Source: Candidatus Fervidifonticultor secundus
Lineage (GTDB): Bacteria; Sysuimicrobiota; Sysuimicrobiia; Sysuimicrobiales; Humicultoraceae
Reading direction: 5' to 3'
Assembly: GCA_031459385.1 (NCBI GenBank)
Contig: JAVKIP010000013.1
Span: 19,353 to 83,352, forward strand
DNA: 64,000 nt
Positions 46,247 through 57,480 of this stretch are shown here, piece by piece. How positions within the stretch are numbered: position 1 is the stretch's first letter; the number at the start of each line of letters is the position of its first letter. Under the pieces are notes generated by a model. The model ran no database searches, was not told the DNA's origin, and saw nothing but the letters and a program-made list of their open reading frames with translations. The translations under genes were made by a program, and so were the position numbers.

Positions 46247-46493
46247 GTGCACCTACCATGCCAGAAAGCCAACACTCACGCCTCCACGCCGGTCGATAGA
46301 CGCGGCCTCTGGAAGGCGGGGTGGACGTCGGCCCACCCATCACGCAGGGGGACCAGGGAGTCGCCGGCGAAGTGTCCCGCCGGCTATTTGCGAACGTTGC
46401 GGCCCGGGAGACCTGCGCACTGTAAGGAATCCGGTGATGGTCAGCACGGGACAATCCGGAGGCGACTCCGGGAAAAGACAGGGGGTGGCAGCG

Positions 46494-47699
46494 GTGCGAT
46501 GGCGGACAGCAGGCTGGTGGGGCATGCTGGTGGCGGCGGCGCTGGCGACGCTGCTGTTGGGTGTGTCTGGACGCGCGCAGCAGCCGGCCGTGAAGATCGG
46601 CGTGCTGGGCGTGATGAGCGGGCCGGCGGCCTCGTGGGGTCTGGTGAACCGGTACTGCGCCGAGGCGGCGGCGCAGCTGATCAACGAGCAGGGCGGGTGG
46701 GAGATCGGCGGGCAGAAATACCGCATCCAGGTGGTCAGCATCGACGACCGCAACGACCCCAAGGTGTCGGTGGCCGGTGCCGAGCGCCTGGTCTACCAGG
46801 AAGGCATCAAGTACATCATTGGCCCCAACGTGGATACTACCGCGGCGGCCATCGTGCCGGTGCTGGAGCGCGGCCGCGCAATCAACGTCCCCTATGCGTT
46901 CTCCAAGGCGCTGTACTCGCCGCCGCGCGGCAACTCCATCCTGGGTATGATTGCCTCCTACCAGGTAGCTCCCATCATTTACAGTTACCTGAAGGACAAG
47001 CGAGGCGTGAAGAGCGTCTCCTTCATCGCCCGTAACGAGTCGGACCCGCTCAACCAGCGCAACGAAGGCGTGGCAGCGGCCAAGGCGCTGGGCCTCAAGG
47101 TGCTGTCGTCGGGCGACACCTACGAGCCGGGCACGACTGACTTCACACCGGTCATGTCGCGGGTGGTGCGGCTGAAGCCTGACCTGATCGTGCTGTCAGG
47201 CGTAGCACCCTCGGACGCGCCGCTGCTGATCCGGACGGCCCGGGAGCTGGGGTACAAGGGACTGCTCAGCACCGAGACCGCGCAGGACGCCAAGATCCTC
47301 AAGGAAGTGGCCGGGAAGGCCGCCAACGGCTTCATCTCTGTGGGCGGTGGGGCCAGCGCCCCGGAGGTGCGCAGCGCCTACATGGAGACGTTCGTGCAGC
47401 GCTACACCAAGGTCGCCGGCGAGTGGAACGACGAAGCCGGCACCAAAGTGTACGCGCTGGAGACGCTGTTGCGCACGATCTCGCTGGCCGGACCCAAGGC
47501 TATCACGGACACGGCCGAGTTCAAAAAGGCCATTCCCCGCTTCCAGGTCCGGGATCCGTTCCTGAAGGAAACCCGCACGCTGAAGTTCGTGGGCCGCAAG
47601 TTCTTCAAGCAACCGCGACAGATCGGGGTGCCGATGGTCATCACCGTCTTCGAGGACGACCGGTTCCGCCTGCTGTTCGTGGGCAGCGTGGAGGAGTGA
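46494..47699 (+). CDS. branched-chain amino acid/amide-type ABC transporter substrate-binding protein
   Basis: Signal peptide, VKIGVLGVMSGPAASWG, INEQGG, DDRNDP, TTDFTP. Confidence 0.9.
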   Translation: MRWRTAGWWGMLVAAALATLLLGVSGRAQQPAVKIGVLGVMSGPAASWGLVNRYCAEAAAQLINEQGGWEIGGQKYRIQVVSIDDRNDPKVSVAGAERLVYQEGIKYIIGPNVDTTAAAIVPVLERGRAINVPYAFSKALYSPPRGNSILGMIASYQVAPIIYSYLKDKRGVKSVSFIARNESDPLNQRNEGVAAAKALGLKVLSSGDTYEPGTTDFTPVMSRVVRLKPDLIVLSGVAPSDAPLLIRTARELGYKGLLSTETAQDAKILKEVAGKAANGFISVGGGASAPEVRSAYMETFVQRYTKVAGEWNDEAGTKVYALETLLRTISLAGPKAITDTAEFKKAIPRFQVRDPFLKETRTLKFVGRKFFKQPRQIGVPMVITVFEDDRFRLLFVGSVEE

Positions 47700-47784
47700 G
47701 CGCGCCGCGACCCGGCAGGCTGCGGGCGGGTGGGCGCCCGGTGCCCGTCCGCAGCCCTGAGGAGGTGTAGGGACCGTCGAGCAG

Positions 47785-48636
47785 GTGCTGGTCAACGGGC
47801 TCATCCTGGGCGCCAGTTATGCGTTGATGGCGCTGGGGATCACGTTGATCTTCGCCATCCTGGGAGTCCTCAACTTCGCCCACGGCCAGATGTACGTGCT
47901 CGGCGGCTTCGTCACGTACTACCTGTACGGCGTCTTCGGCCTGCACTACCTCCTGGCGCTGCCTGCGGCGGCGGTGACGGTAGCGGCGATCGGCGTGGTG
48001 TTCGAGCGGCTGTGCTTCCGGCCAGTCCTGCGCACCACGACCCGCGAGGAGAGTACCATGCTGCTGGCCGCTGGCACCGCCCTGCTGCTGGACAGCGTCG
48101 CGCTGGTGGTGTTCGGGGAGAAGCAGCGCGGGGTGCCGCCGATCGTGCCGGGCGTGTACGAGGTGTGGGGCGCCTTCATCCCTGCCGGCCGTGTAGTGAT
48201 CTTCGCCTTCGCTGTGGTCCTGATCGTGGCATTCTTGCTCTTTATGCAGTACACCCGGCCCGGGCGTGCCCTGCGGGGCATCGCCCAGGACCGGGAGGCG
48301 GCCGCGTTGATGGGCGTCAGCACTGACCGCTATTACACGCTGGGGTTCGCCGTGGGGGCGGCCCTGGCCGGCGTGGCCGGCGCGCTGCTGGTGACCCTGT
48401 TCGCGGTGAACGCCGGGGCGGGCACGTCTGTATCCATCAAGGCCTTCATCATGATCATGCTGGGCGGCGCCGGGGTGGTCTCGGGCGCCATCGTCGGGGC
48501 CTTCGCGCTGGGGTTTGCCGAGGCCGTGGGGTACTTTCTGCTGCCAGGCTCGACCACCTACCTCCTGATCCTGCTGTGCCTCATACTCTTCCTGCTCGTC
48601 CGACCCCACGGCATCATGGGCCGCCCCTGGGGGTAG
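47785..48636 (+). CDS. Liv-type ABC permease (LivH-like)
   Basis: NGLILGASYALMALG, NFAHG, GRALRGIAQD, LGGAG, RPHGIMG. Confidence 0.92.
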   Translation: MLVNGLILGASYALMALGITLIFAILGVLNFAHGQMYVLGGFVTYYLYGVFGLHYLLALPAAAVTVAAIGVVFERLCFRPVLRTTTREESTMLLAAGTALLLDSVALVVFGEKQRGVPPIVPGVYEVWGAFIPAGRVVIFAFAVVLIVAFLLFMQYTRPGRALRGIAQDREAAALMGVSTDRYYTLGFAVGAALAGVAGALLVTLFAVNAGAGTSVSIKAFIMIMLGGAGVVSGAIVGAFALGFAEAVGYFLLPGSTTYLLILLCLILFLLVRPHGIMGRPWG

Positions 48637-48658
48637 GCGCATCAGCCCGCAGCGCCTG

Positions 48659-49711
48659 ATGAACCGCCCCGCGCTGTTGACGGCCCTGGCGGCGGCACTT
48701 TACCTGGGCATCGTGCCGTACGCCATACACAGGGCGCCCTACTACCTCACCGTGCTGACCACGGCGTCGCTGTTGGCCTTCGTCAGCCTGGGCGTCTGGC
48801 TGACGTTTACCATCGGCCGCATTAACATCGCACAGGGCGCGTTCGCCCTCCTGGGCGGCTACGTGACCGCCATCCTCACCACGAGAGCCGGCGCCTCCTT
48901 CTGGCTGGCGCTGCCCGCCGCGGGGGCCGTCGCGGCCGCCGCCGGAACGGCCATCGGGTGGGTCACCCTGCGGCTGCGCGGCGTCTACTTCGCCATGCTC
49001 ACCCTCAGCCTCACCGAGGCGATGCGCCTGGCTGCACTAAACTTCGAAGGCCTGACGCAGGGCGCAACGGGCATCCTGGGCGTGCCGACTCCCGGGCCGG
49101 TGCGCGTGGCGGGACGCACGCTCCTACCCGCGTTCGACGCGCTCAACACCCATCTGGCGTTCTACTACCTGGCGGCCGGCCTGCTCCTGGCGGGCCTGGC
49201 CGTCGTCCACCGTCTGACCACGTGCCGGCTGGGATGGACGTTCCGCGCCCTGCGGCAGAACGAGGAGCTGGCGGCCAGCATCGGTATCGACGTCCCCCGC
49301 CTCCGCGTGCTGGCCTTCACCATCGCCTGTGCCTTCGGCGGCATCGGCGGCGGGGTGTTCACCGCGCAGCAGCAGAGCATCTACCCGTCCAGCTTCGGGG
49401 TGACCGACTCGGTGTTCTTCATGCTGTACTGCTTCCTCGGAGGGCTCTCGTCGGTCTTCGGGCCGGTGGTCGGCGCCTTCGTGTTGTTCCTCAGCTTCGA
49501 ACTGCTGGCCGGGCTGCGGCAGTACCAGACCCTCGTCTACGCCATCATCATGATCCTGACCATGCTCTGGTTCCCCAACGGGCTGCTGGGCCTTCGGCCG
49601 CGGAAGCCGGTGGGCGCGCTGGGGGCTATGTTCTCACGCCTCCGTCCCACCCGGTGGATCTCGGCGCGGCCCGCAACACCCCAAGGCGACAGCGATCCAC
49701 CCTCCAGGTAG
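48659..49711 (+). CDS. Liv-type ABC permease (LivM-like)
   Basis: LRLRGVYFAMLT, RALRQNEELAASIG, GGLSSVFGP, PNGL. Confidence 0.92.
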   Translation: MNRPALLTALAAALYLGIVPYAIHRAPYYLTVLTTASLLAFVSLGVWLTFTIGRINIAQGAFALLGGYVTAILTTRAGASFWLALPAAGAVAAAAGTAIGWVTLRLRGVYFAMLTLSLTEAMRLAALNFEGLTQGATGILGVPTPGPVRVAGRTLLPAFDALNTHLAFYYLAAGLLLAGLAVVHRLTTCRLGWTFRALRQNEELAASIGIDVPRLRVLAFTIACAFGGIGGGVFTAQQQSIYPSSFGVTDSVFFMLYCFLGGLSSVFGPVVGAFVLFLSFELLAGLRQYQTLVYAIIMILTMLWFPNGLLGLRPRKPVGALGAMFSRLRPTRWISARPATPQGDSDPPSR

Positions 49712-49715
49712 ATCC

Positions 49716-50478
49716 GTGCTGCAGGTGGAAACGCTTACCAAGTGGTTCGGCGGCCTGGCCGCGCTGGACGGCGTCACGTTCCACGTGATGCCGGGAGAGA
49801 TCCTGAGCATCATCGGCCCCAACGGTGCCGGCAAGAGCACGCTGTTCAAGCTCATCACGGGGTTTTTGGTGCCCAGCGCCGGCCGGGTGCGGTTCCAAGG
49901 CGAGGACATTACCGGCCTGCCGCCTCACCGTGTGGCACAGCGGGGCATCGTGCGCACGTTCCAGGAGACCACCGTGTTCCGCGAGCTGACCACGCTGGAG
50001 AACGTCGTCGTCGGCCATCACGTGCGCATGCGGGCTACCGGGTGGGAGGTGTTCCTCAACAGTTCTCGGGCGCGCCGGCACGAGGCCGCCATCTATGACA
50101 GTGCCCTTGAACTCCTGGAGTACTTCGGCCTGGCTCCGGTCCGTGACGAGCCCGCGCGCAACCTGCCGCACGGCCACCTCCGTGCCCTGGAGATGGCGGT
50201 CGCCGTAGCCGCCAGCCCCCGGGTCTTGCTGTTGGACGAGCCGTTCACCGGCATGAATCCCCAGGAGACCGACCACGCGCTGGACTTGGTGCGGGGCATC
50301 CGCGCCCGCGGCGTCACCGTGCTCCTTGTGACGCACGACATGCGGGCGATGCGCCGCATCAGCGACCGCGTGGTGGTCCTCAACTTCGGCCGGAAGATCG
50401 CCGAGGGCAGCCCCGACGAGGTGCAGAACGACCCGGCCGTGGTCGAGGCCTACCTGGGACGGGAGGAGCACGACCTCC

Positions 50479-50486
<8 letters not shown>
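49716..50486 (+). CDS. Liv-type ABC ATP-binding protein (LivG-like)
   Basis: GPNGAGKST, RTFQ, LLLDEP, HDM, VEAYLG. Confidence 0.94.
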
Positions 50487-51225
<739 letters not shown>

Positions 51226-51231
51226 TGCGAG

Positions 51232-52104
51232 GTGACTGCGATGCGACCCATCCGCATCGCCCTGGCGCAGATGGACTGTGTCACGGGCGAGGTGTCTCAG
51301 AACCTGGACCGGATCCGGGCCTTGGTGCAAGCGGCAGTGCGGCAGCAGGCGGATCTGGTGTGTCTGTCGGAACTGTGCGTGACGGGCTACAACATGTTCG
51401 CCATCGGCCGGCGCTACTTCGACCTGGCACAGGCGGAGGACAGTGAAGTTTGCCGGGAACTGGCGACGCTGGCGGCCGAGGCCCGTGTGCACCTCATCGT
51501 GGGTTTGCCGCTCCAGGGCCGGCTGCCCGGCATCGTGTACAATGGCGGAATCGTGCTCTCCCCTCAGGGCGTGGTGGTCGGCCGGTTCGCCAAAATCCAC
51601 CCATGGAGCCTGGAGCAGCTGTATTTCACCCCCGGCGACTGGTACGGGGTGTTCGATACGACCGTAGGGCGCATCGGGTGCATGATCTGCTACGATGTGG
51701 CCTTCCCCGAAGTCGCACGCATCCTGACCCTCCGCGGCGCCCAGGTGATCGTCTGTCCGTCCGCCTGGCGCATCGAAGACGACTACATCTGGTTCCTCAG
51801 CGCCCGGGCCCGGGCACTGGAGAACGGCGTCTACGTGGTGGCGGTGAACCAGGTGGGGATCGAACCCGATACGTTCGGCCGGGAAACCCACACGCACCTG
51901 TTCGGCCACTCCCTGGTGGTGGATCCGCGCGGTGAGATCGTCGGCGAGGGCGACGACGGCGAGGGGGTCACTGTGATCACGGTAGACCTGGACCAGGTGC
52001 ACCGGCAGCGCAGCGAGGCGACTTTTCTCAAGGACCGCCGGCCCGAAGCCTACGGTGACCTGAGCCGGCCGCTCCCCGCGCCGGACGTCAGCGGTCCGCC
52101 GTGA
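51232..52104 (+). CDS. carbon-nitrogen hydrolase (nitrilase superfamily)
   Basis: Glu-Lys-Cys triad in LSELC, AKIH, ICYDVAFPE; also ARALEN and DRRPEAY. Confidence 0.92.
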   Translation: MTAMRPIRIALAQMDCVTGEVSQNLDRIRALVQAAVRQQADLVCLSELCVTGYNMFAIGRRYFDLAQAEDSEVCRELATLAAEARVHLIVGLPLQGRLPGIVYNGGIVLSPQGVVVGRFAKIHPWSLEQLYFTPGDWYGVFDTTVGRIGCMICYDVAFPEVARILTLRGAQVIVCPSAWRIEDDYIWFLSARARALENGVYVVAVNQVGIEPDTFGRETHTHLFGHSLVVDPRGEIVGEGDDGEGVTVITVDLDQVHRQRSEATFLKDRRPEAYGDLSRPLPAPDVSGPP

Positions 52105-52225
52105 CCAAGTCGCTGCCCGTCACACCACGTCACGACGTGGCAGGCTGCAGATGCCCGCGGTGCGACCACCGGTACACACCGGTGCGCTCCTCCACGCCTC
52201 CGCGCGGCGCGGTCCGTGCCGCCAG

Positions 52226-52690
52226 CTACTTGAGCGCCTTCAGCGCGTCCTCCAGCAGCCCGGCCAGCTTCTTCGCCCCGGCCTGCGCGGCCGCCAGTCC
52301 GGTCGCCCCCAGGGTCTCCACGCCGACCTTGGTCGCTTCCTCGGCGATCTTCAACGCCCCGGCCCCGGCCGCGCCGGCGGCTTTGAGGTCGGCCAGGACG
52401 CCGTTGCCCTGCCCTTGGCACACGTCGCCCCACTTCTGGTCGTACCGTCGGTCGGCCCGGCCGACCAGGCAGTTCACGGCGTGGCCGGTGTGCTGCTGGA
52501 CGCCGCTCAGAGTGCCAGCGCCGGCCGCGAACCCGGCGTGCGTTTTGGCAGTGGTCAGCTGCTGCCGGGCCCGCTCCACCGGGCTTCCCTGCGTCGACTG
52601 GGCCGGCTGGTCGTGGTAGGGGGCGTAGGCGAGGCGGGCACCGCCGGCGACCACGACGGCCACAAAGAGCAGCACGTAGACTGCGCGCAT
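52226..52690 (-). CDS. exported hypothetical protein with His/Cys motifs
   Basis: Signal peptide; THAGFA, HTGHAVNCLVG, CQGQGNG. AAGGAG RBS. Confidence 0.75.
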   Translation of the reverse strand: MRAVYVLLFVAVVVAGGARLAYAPYHDQPAQSTQGSPVERARQQLTTAKTHAGFAAGAGTLSGVQQHTGHAVNCLVGRADRRYDQKWGDVCQGQGNGVLADLKAAGAAGAGALKIAEEATKVGVETLGATGLAAAQAGAKKLAGLLEDALKALK

Positions 52691-52915
52691 CGGACATCAC
52701 TCCTTCACGTCGTCTACGATCACCCCTACTCTCCCTGATTCACGAATGTGTAACGCAGGCCGTCGGCACCACGCCGCTCCCGGCCGCACCCACCGCCAGC
52801 CGCCCCGGGTCGCTCCGTGTCCAGCGCCCCACGCGGAGCCCCTGTCGCCGGCGAATCCGCCTCCAACGACCTCATCCGCCATGCGGCCGTCGACGTATCG
52901 CACGCCGAGCGCACG

Positions 52916-53425
52916 TCACCGGCGGATCTGCCAGCGCCCCAGACCGGCGGTCACGACCACGCCGGCACCGTCGCCGAAGGCCTCCACCAGGTCGGCCTCG
53001 CGGTCGCCCACCCGCAGCCTGTGCCCTGCGCGCGCCGAGATGCGCACCGCCAGCGCGCCGATCCGGTGGGGCCGTCGGAGGACGTAGTGGTCGCCTTCCC
53101 GCACGTAGCCCTGGGAGGGCAGGCCGGCGCCCTGCGAGGCGAACCGCGCCTCGACGAACCACAGGCCGTCGCGCTCGGCCCGGAAGACCTCGACGACAGG
53201 CGTGCGCTCGACGGTGTGCTGGTAGCGGAGCTCGACGCTCGTGCCGGGGCGAAGGCCGCTGATCCGCACGGCCGGCCGGCCGGCGCCCCGCACGGCATCC
53301 GGCCCGACCCACCCCGGGCTCTGCGTGGCCTGTTCCGTCGCGACGGCGAGGCGCACCTCCACCGGCCGCTCCACAAGCAGCGTGGCGGCGACCAGGGCCG
53401 CCGCCACGCCGAGGACCAGAGCCAC
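52916..53425 (-). CDS. DUF1850-like TAXI-associated protein
   Basis: N-terminal TM, LRYQHTVERTPVVEVF, FASQGAGLP. Start uncertain. Confidence 0.72.
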   Translation of the reverse strand: MALVLGVAAALVAATLLVERPVEVRLAVATEQATQSPGWVGPDAVRGAGRPAVRISGLRPGTSVELRYQHTVERTPVVEVFRAERDGLWFVEARFASQGAGLPSQGYVREGDHYVLRRPHRIGALAVRISARAGHRLRVGDREADLVEAFGDGAGVVVTAGLGRWQIRR

Positions 53426-53439
53426 GGTGACCCGCGTCG

Positions 53440-54417
53440 CTACTTCCCTCTCACGCCGCGCTCTCGATAGTATCGCTCGGCCCCCGGATGCACGGGCAGC
53501 GGCATTCCGTCCAGCGCCTTCGCGAGCTCGAGGTCGCGCCCGCGGGCGTGGGCGGCCCGCACCCGGTCGAGGTTCTCCCACAGCGCCTTCGTGAGATTGT
53601 ACACCAGGTCGTCGGGCAGGTCGGCCCGCGCGACGAGCATCGCCATCACCGCCACCGTGGGCACCGGCGCCGTTACGCCCCGGTAGGTACCCGGCGGGAT
53701 GACCTGACGAGTGTAGAACGGCCACCGGGCGCGCAGCGCCTGGAGGGCATCGTCGCCGACCGGCACGATAACGATATCGCGGGACGCAGCGATGTCGGTC
53801 ACCGCCGCCGTCGGAATCCCGGCCGTCAGAAAGACGGCATCCACGATCCCGTCCCGCAGCTGGTCGATGCCCGCTGCGAACGACACGAAGTCCACGCGCA
53901 GTTCACGGTAGAAGATGTCGTGCACCCGGAGGATCTGCCGGGCGTTGGCCTCGGTCCCGCTGCCGGGCGCGCCCACGACCACGCGCCGACCCCGCAGGTG
54001 CTCCACGCTGGTGATGCCCTTGCCCCGCAGGCTCACGATCTGGATCGTCTCGGGGTAGAGCATGGCGATGCCGCGGAGCGTGGTGATCGGCTGCGGCCGG
54101 TTGGAGCCGGCTTCCGCGAACATCTCGCGGCCGGTGTACGCGTAGTGGGCGATGTCGTTCTGCACGAGCGCCAGGTGGGCGTCGCCGCGCGCCAGGAACT
54201 GAATGTTGGCCACCGACGCCCCGCTGCTCTGCGAAGCGACACGGACGCCCGGGACGCGCGCGTTCCAGATCTCGGCCATCGCGCCCCCGAGCGGGAAGTA
54301 GACGCCTGCTGTCCCTCCGGTGACCAGCGAGAGCAGGCGCACCTGGGCGGCGGTCGGTGCTGCTAGGCTGGATATCAGCAGGACGGTGGCCGCAAGCGCT
54401 CCCCGGTATGCTCTCAT
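53440..54417 (-). CDS. TAXI family TRAP transporter solute-binding subunit
   Basis: TGGTAGVYFPLGG, GASVAN, QND, LYPE, GAPGSGTE, PVHPGAERYY. Confidence 0.93.
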   Translation of the reverse strand: MRAYRGALAATVLLISSLAAPTAAQVRLLSLVTGGTAGVYFPLGGAMAEIWNARVPGVRVASQSSGASVANIQFLARGDAHLALVQNDIAHYAYTGREMFAEAGSNRPQPITTLRGIAMLYPETIQIVSLRGKGITSVEHLRGRRVVVGAPGSGTEANARQILRVHDIFYRELRVDFVSFAAGIDQLRDGIVDAVFLTAGIPTAAVTDIAASRDIVIVPVGDDALQALRARWPFYTRQVIPPGTYRGVTAPVPTVAVMAMLVARADLPDDLVYNLTKALWENLDRVRAAHARGRDLELAKALDGMPLPVHPGAERYYRERGVRGK

Positions 54418-54535
54418 CCCTCTCCCTCCTTCGACTCCCCCAGCCCCTTCGACCCTCCGCACGATCGGATCCCGCGCGGCGATCCGCCACCCGGGTCACC
54501 GGTCACCGTGAACAGACCGCTCCGGCCGCCCCGGA

Positions 54536-56542
54536 TCATCCGCCACCGCGGGCTGCGGCCTCGACCGCGGGGCCCTGCGCGCGCCGGCGCACGACCTGGA
54601 CGACCACCACCGCCGCCAGCAAGCCCAGCCCCGCGACGTCCGCACGCACATCGTGGAAGATCAGGGCCACGGCCGTCAACCCCAGCAGCACCCGCTCGAG
54701 GGCCCGCGCCGGCCCGAACAGGTATCCTGCGATGGCCGCGGACAGCGCAACGACGCCCACCACGGCCGTCGCCGTGGTAATCGCGATCTCCGACAGCTCG
54801 GCGCCCTGCATCAGGATCGTCGGCGAGTAGACGAACACGTAGGGGATGATGATGCCGGCCAGCGCCAGCCGGGTGGCGGTCAGGCCGGTCTGGAACGGGT
54901 CGGTGCGCGCGATGCCCGCCGCTGCATAAGCCGCCAGGGCATCGGGCGGCGTGATGTCGGCCAGCACGCCGAAGTAGAAGATGAACAGGTGGGCAGCCAG
55001 CGCCGGCACGCCCATCTGGACCAGAGCCGGCGCCGCGATGGCCGCCAGGATGATGTAGGTGGCCGTGGTGGGAATGCCCGAGCCCACGATGGTGCAGGCG
55101 ATCATGATCCAGATCAGGGTCAGGAACAGGATCCCCTGCCCCAGGGTGATGGTGAGGCTGACGAACGCCAGGCCCAATCCCGTGAGCGTCACGATCCCGA
55201 TGAAGATGCCTACCACCGCCGTGGCCACGGCCACCGGCAGCGCCAGGCGGGCCCCGTAGGCCAGCGTGGTCCAGACGTCCCGCAGCCAGTCCAGCGGCCG
55301 GCGCTCCAGCACGCAGGTGACCGCGTGGACCCCTGCCGATACGACGATGCCCCAGAAGGCCGCGCGCATGGGGCTGGCGCCGTGCAGCAGGAAGCCGACC
55401 AGCACCACCAGCGGGAGCACCAGGTAGAAGCGCCGCACCACGATGTCGCGCAGACTGGGCAGCTGGTCCCGTGGCAGCCCCGCCAGCCCCAGTCGCTTCG
55501 CCTCGAAGTGGATGATGAGCGCCAGCGACAGGTAGTACAGCGCCGCCGGAATCACCGCGGCCTTCACGATGGTCAGGTACGGCACGCCGAGAAACTCGGC
55601 CATGACGAACGCCGCCGCGCCCATGACCGGCGGCACCAGCTGGCCTCCCACAGACGTCGCCGCCTCCACCCCGGCCGCGAACCGCGGGTGGTAGCCCAGC
55701 CGCCGCATCAGGGGGATGTTGAAGACGCCGTCAGCAACCACATTGGCCACCGAGCTGCCCGACACGGTCCCGATGAACGCACTGGAGAGCACCGAGACCT
55801 TCGCCGGTCCCCCGGTCATCCAGCCCGCGAGCGCCATGGCGATGTCCACGAACAGCTGCCCGAGCCCGGTCCGCTCGAGGAAGGCGCCCAGCAGGACGAA
55901 CAGGAACACGAAGGTGGCCGACACGCCCACCGGGATGCCGAAGACCCCTTCGGTCGTGAAGAACATCTGCTCGATGACCCGCTGGGGCGAGATGCGCGCG
56001 ATGGCCAGGGCGCCCGGCAGGTACTGGCCCAGGAACGGGTAGACGAGGGCCAGGGCGGCGATAAGGGGGACCACGGCCATGAGCCGGCGCCCTGCCTCCA
56101 GCACCACCAGCACGCCCAGCACGCCGATGACCATGTCGGTGCGGCTCAGGTTGCCCGCCCGCTGCGCCAGATCGGCGTGGTAGTAGAAGACATAGAGCAT
56201 CGGGAGGAGCGCCGCCGCCACCATGAGCAGATCGAGCGCACCGATGCGGGACGTCGCGGCCCCCCGGCGGCGCGGCGGGTAGAGCAGGAAGACCAGGGTG
56301 AACGCGAAGGCCAGGTGCACCGCCCGCTGGCGCAGCGCCTCCAGCGCCCCGAAGCGCGCCGTATAGAGATGGAACAGCGCCATGGCCACGCCGGTGGAAG
56401 CGACCACCCCGGCCCAGAACCCGGCAAGCCGCCGGTAGTTGTACTCCGGCTCGACCTCGCGCAGGAGGGTCTCGACGTCGGCGAGCGGGGGCTCAGGCGC
56501 CGCCGCGAATCGACCCGGGACGTCGAGCCCGCGATCGCTCAT
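54536..56542 (-). CDS. TRAP transporter 4TM/12TM fusion permease
   Basis: EGVFGIP, GGPAKV, SGSSVANV, GGQLVPPVMGAAAF, GIPTTATY, HLFIFYFG, ITPP. Confidence 0.94.
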   Translation of the reverse strand: MSDRGLDVPGRFAAAPEPPLADVETLLREVEPEYNYRRLAGFWAGVVASTGVAMALFHLYTARFGALEALRQRAVHLAFAFTLVFLLYPPRRRGAATSRIGALDLLMVAAALLPMLYVFYYHADLAQRAGNLSRTDMVIGVLGVLVVLEAGRRLMAVVPLIAALALVYPFLGQYLPGALAIARISPQRVIEQMFFTTEGVFGIPVGVSATFVFLFVLLGAFLERTGLGQLFVDIAMALAGWMTGGPAKVSVLSSAFIGTVSGSSVANVVADGVFNIPLMRRLGYHPRFAAGVEAATSVGGQLVPPVMGAAAFVMAEFLGVPYLTIVKAAVIPAALYYLSLALIIHFEAKRLGLAGLPRDQLPSLRDIVVRRFYLVLPLVVLVGFLLHGASPMRAAFWGIVVSAGVHAVTCVLERRPLDWLRDVWTTLAYGARLALPVAVATAVVGIFIGIVTLTGLGLAFVSLTITLGQGILFLTLIWIMIACTIVGSGIPTTATYIILAAIAAPALVQMGVPALAAHLFIFYFGVLADITPPDALAAYAAAGIARTDPFQTGLTATRLALAGIIIPYVFVYSPTILMQGAELSEIAITTATAVVGVVALSAAIAGYLFGPARALERVLLGLTAVALIFHDVRADVAGLGLLAAVVVVQVVRRRAQGPAVEAAARGGG

Positions 56543-56803
56543 CCTCTCACCTCTGTCTCCCCTGTGCGCGCCTGGGGAGCGCCACCGGCACCCGCAGGCT
56601 GCCCCAGCGGGTCCTTCGAAGGACGCAGTCGCGGGGCCTGCCGTCGTGGAGCGCCGGACCCCAGGGCAGGCACCACGGCGGGCTCGGGGCCGAGGCACGT
56701 GGCAGCCGCGCCGGCGCCGCGCAGGAACCCCGTCTGACCCGGCGAACCGCCCGCACGGACCCGCTCGTCAGCCCTCATCCTCGAGCGGGCCGGAGGTGGG
56801 ACG

Positions 56804-57451
56804 ATGATCCCACGCCAGCAGACCGCAGGACTCTCGGGTATCGTCGCCGGCATCGCGCTCGCCGTGCTCACCGTCCTCTTCTTCACCAGCGGCGCCACGC
56901 CCGAGACGTTCCGCGACCCGGGGAAGGCGCTGCCGTTCCTCACGCAGAACCTCGGGCGGATTCGCACGATCGCGCTGGTCTCGATGGTCACCCTGGGCTT
57001 TGCGGTGCCATTCGTCGCGGGTCTGGCCGCCGCGCTGCGCGAGCGCACGCCAACGCGGGCCACGGCGGTGCTCTACTTCGGGCTCCTGGGGATCGCCGGG
57101 CATGGCATCGGCACGCTGCTGTTCTGGTCCGCCGTGCCGGCGCTGGCCAGACACGCGGCGACTGACCAGGTGGCGGCGTCTCACGCGTGGGTGGCGCTCA
57201 ACGCCGTCTGGGGGGCCATGGACGGCGTCGGCAACTTCTTCATCGGCCTGGCGATCCTGCTCGCGGGCTGGGCGGTCGCGGCCTCAGGGATCTTCAGCGC
57301 CGCGCTGGGCTGGTACGGGGTAATCGCCGGCGCGCTCGTGGTCCTGGCCGTACTGGCGCCAGGTGTGGGGGTTCTCTACATGGCGACGTTCGTGCTGCCG
57401 GTGATCTGGCTGCTCTGGGCGGGCAACACCCTGCGCCAGGCGGCATCCTGA
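56804..57451 (+). CDS. membrane protein (DUF4386-like, about 6 TMs)
   Basis: Hydrophobic 215-aa ORF with GGAGGT RBS; the family guess comes from its general pattern only. Confidence 0.65.
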   Translation: MIPRQQTAGLSGIVAGIALAVLTVLFFTSGATPETFRDPGKALPFLTQNLGRIRTIALVSMVTLGFAVPFVAGLAAALRERTPTRATAVLYFGLLGIAGHGIGTLLFWSAVPALARHAATDQVAASHAWVALNAVWGAMDGVGNFFIGLAILLAGWAVAASGIFSAALGWYGVIAGALVVLAVLAPGVGVLYMATFVLPVIWLLWAGNTLRQAAS

Positions 57452-57480
57452 GGCACCGGCGGCCCGCGGGAGCGCGGCCC

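Noticed and set aside
46400..46436. Words resembling cobalamin riboswitch elements (GGAGACCTGC, CACTGTAA, GGAATCCGGTG)
   Set aside because: They occur in the reverse order to the B12 element and are too compressed to form its core.
56611..56624. 14-bp perfect palindrome GTCCTTCGAAGGAC upstream of the second TRAP operon
   Set aside because: No adjacent regulator or recognisable promoter to tie it to. It could be chance or a small hairpin.
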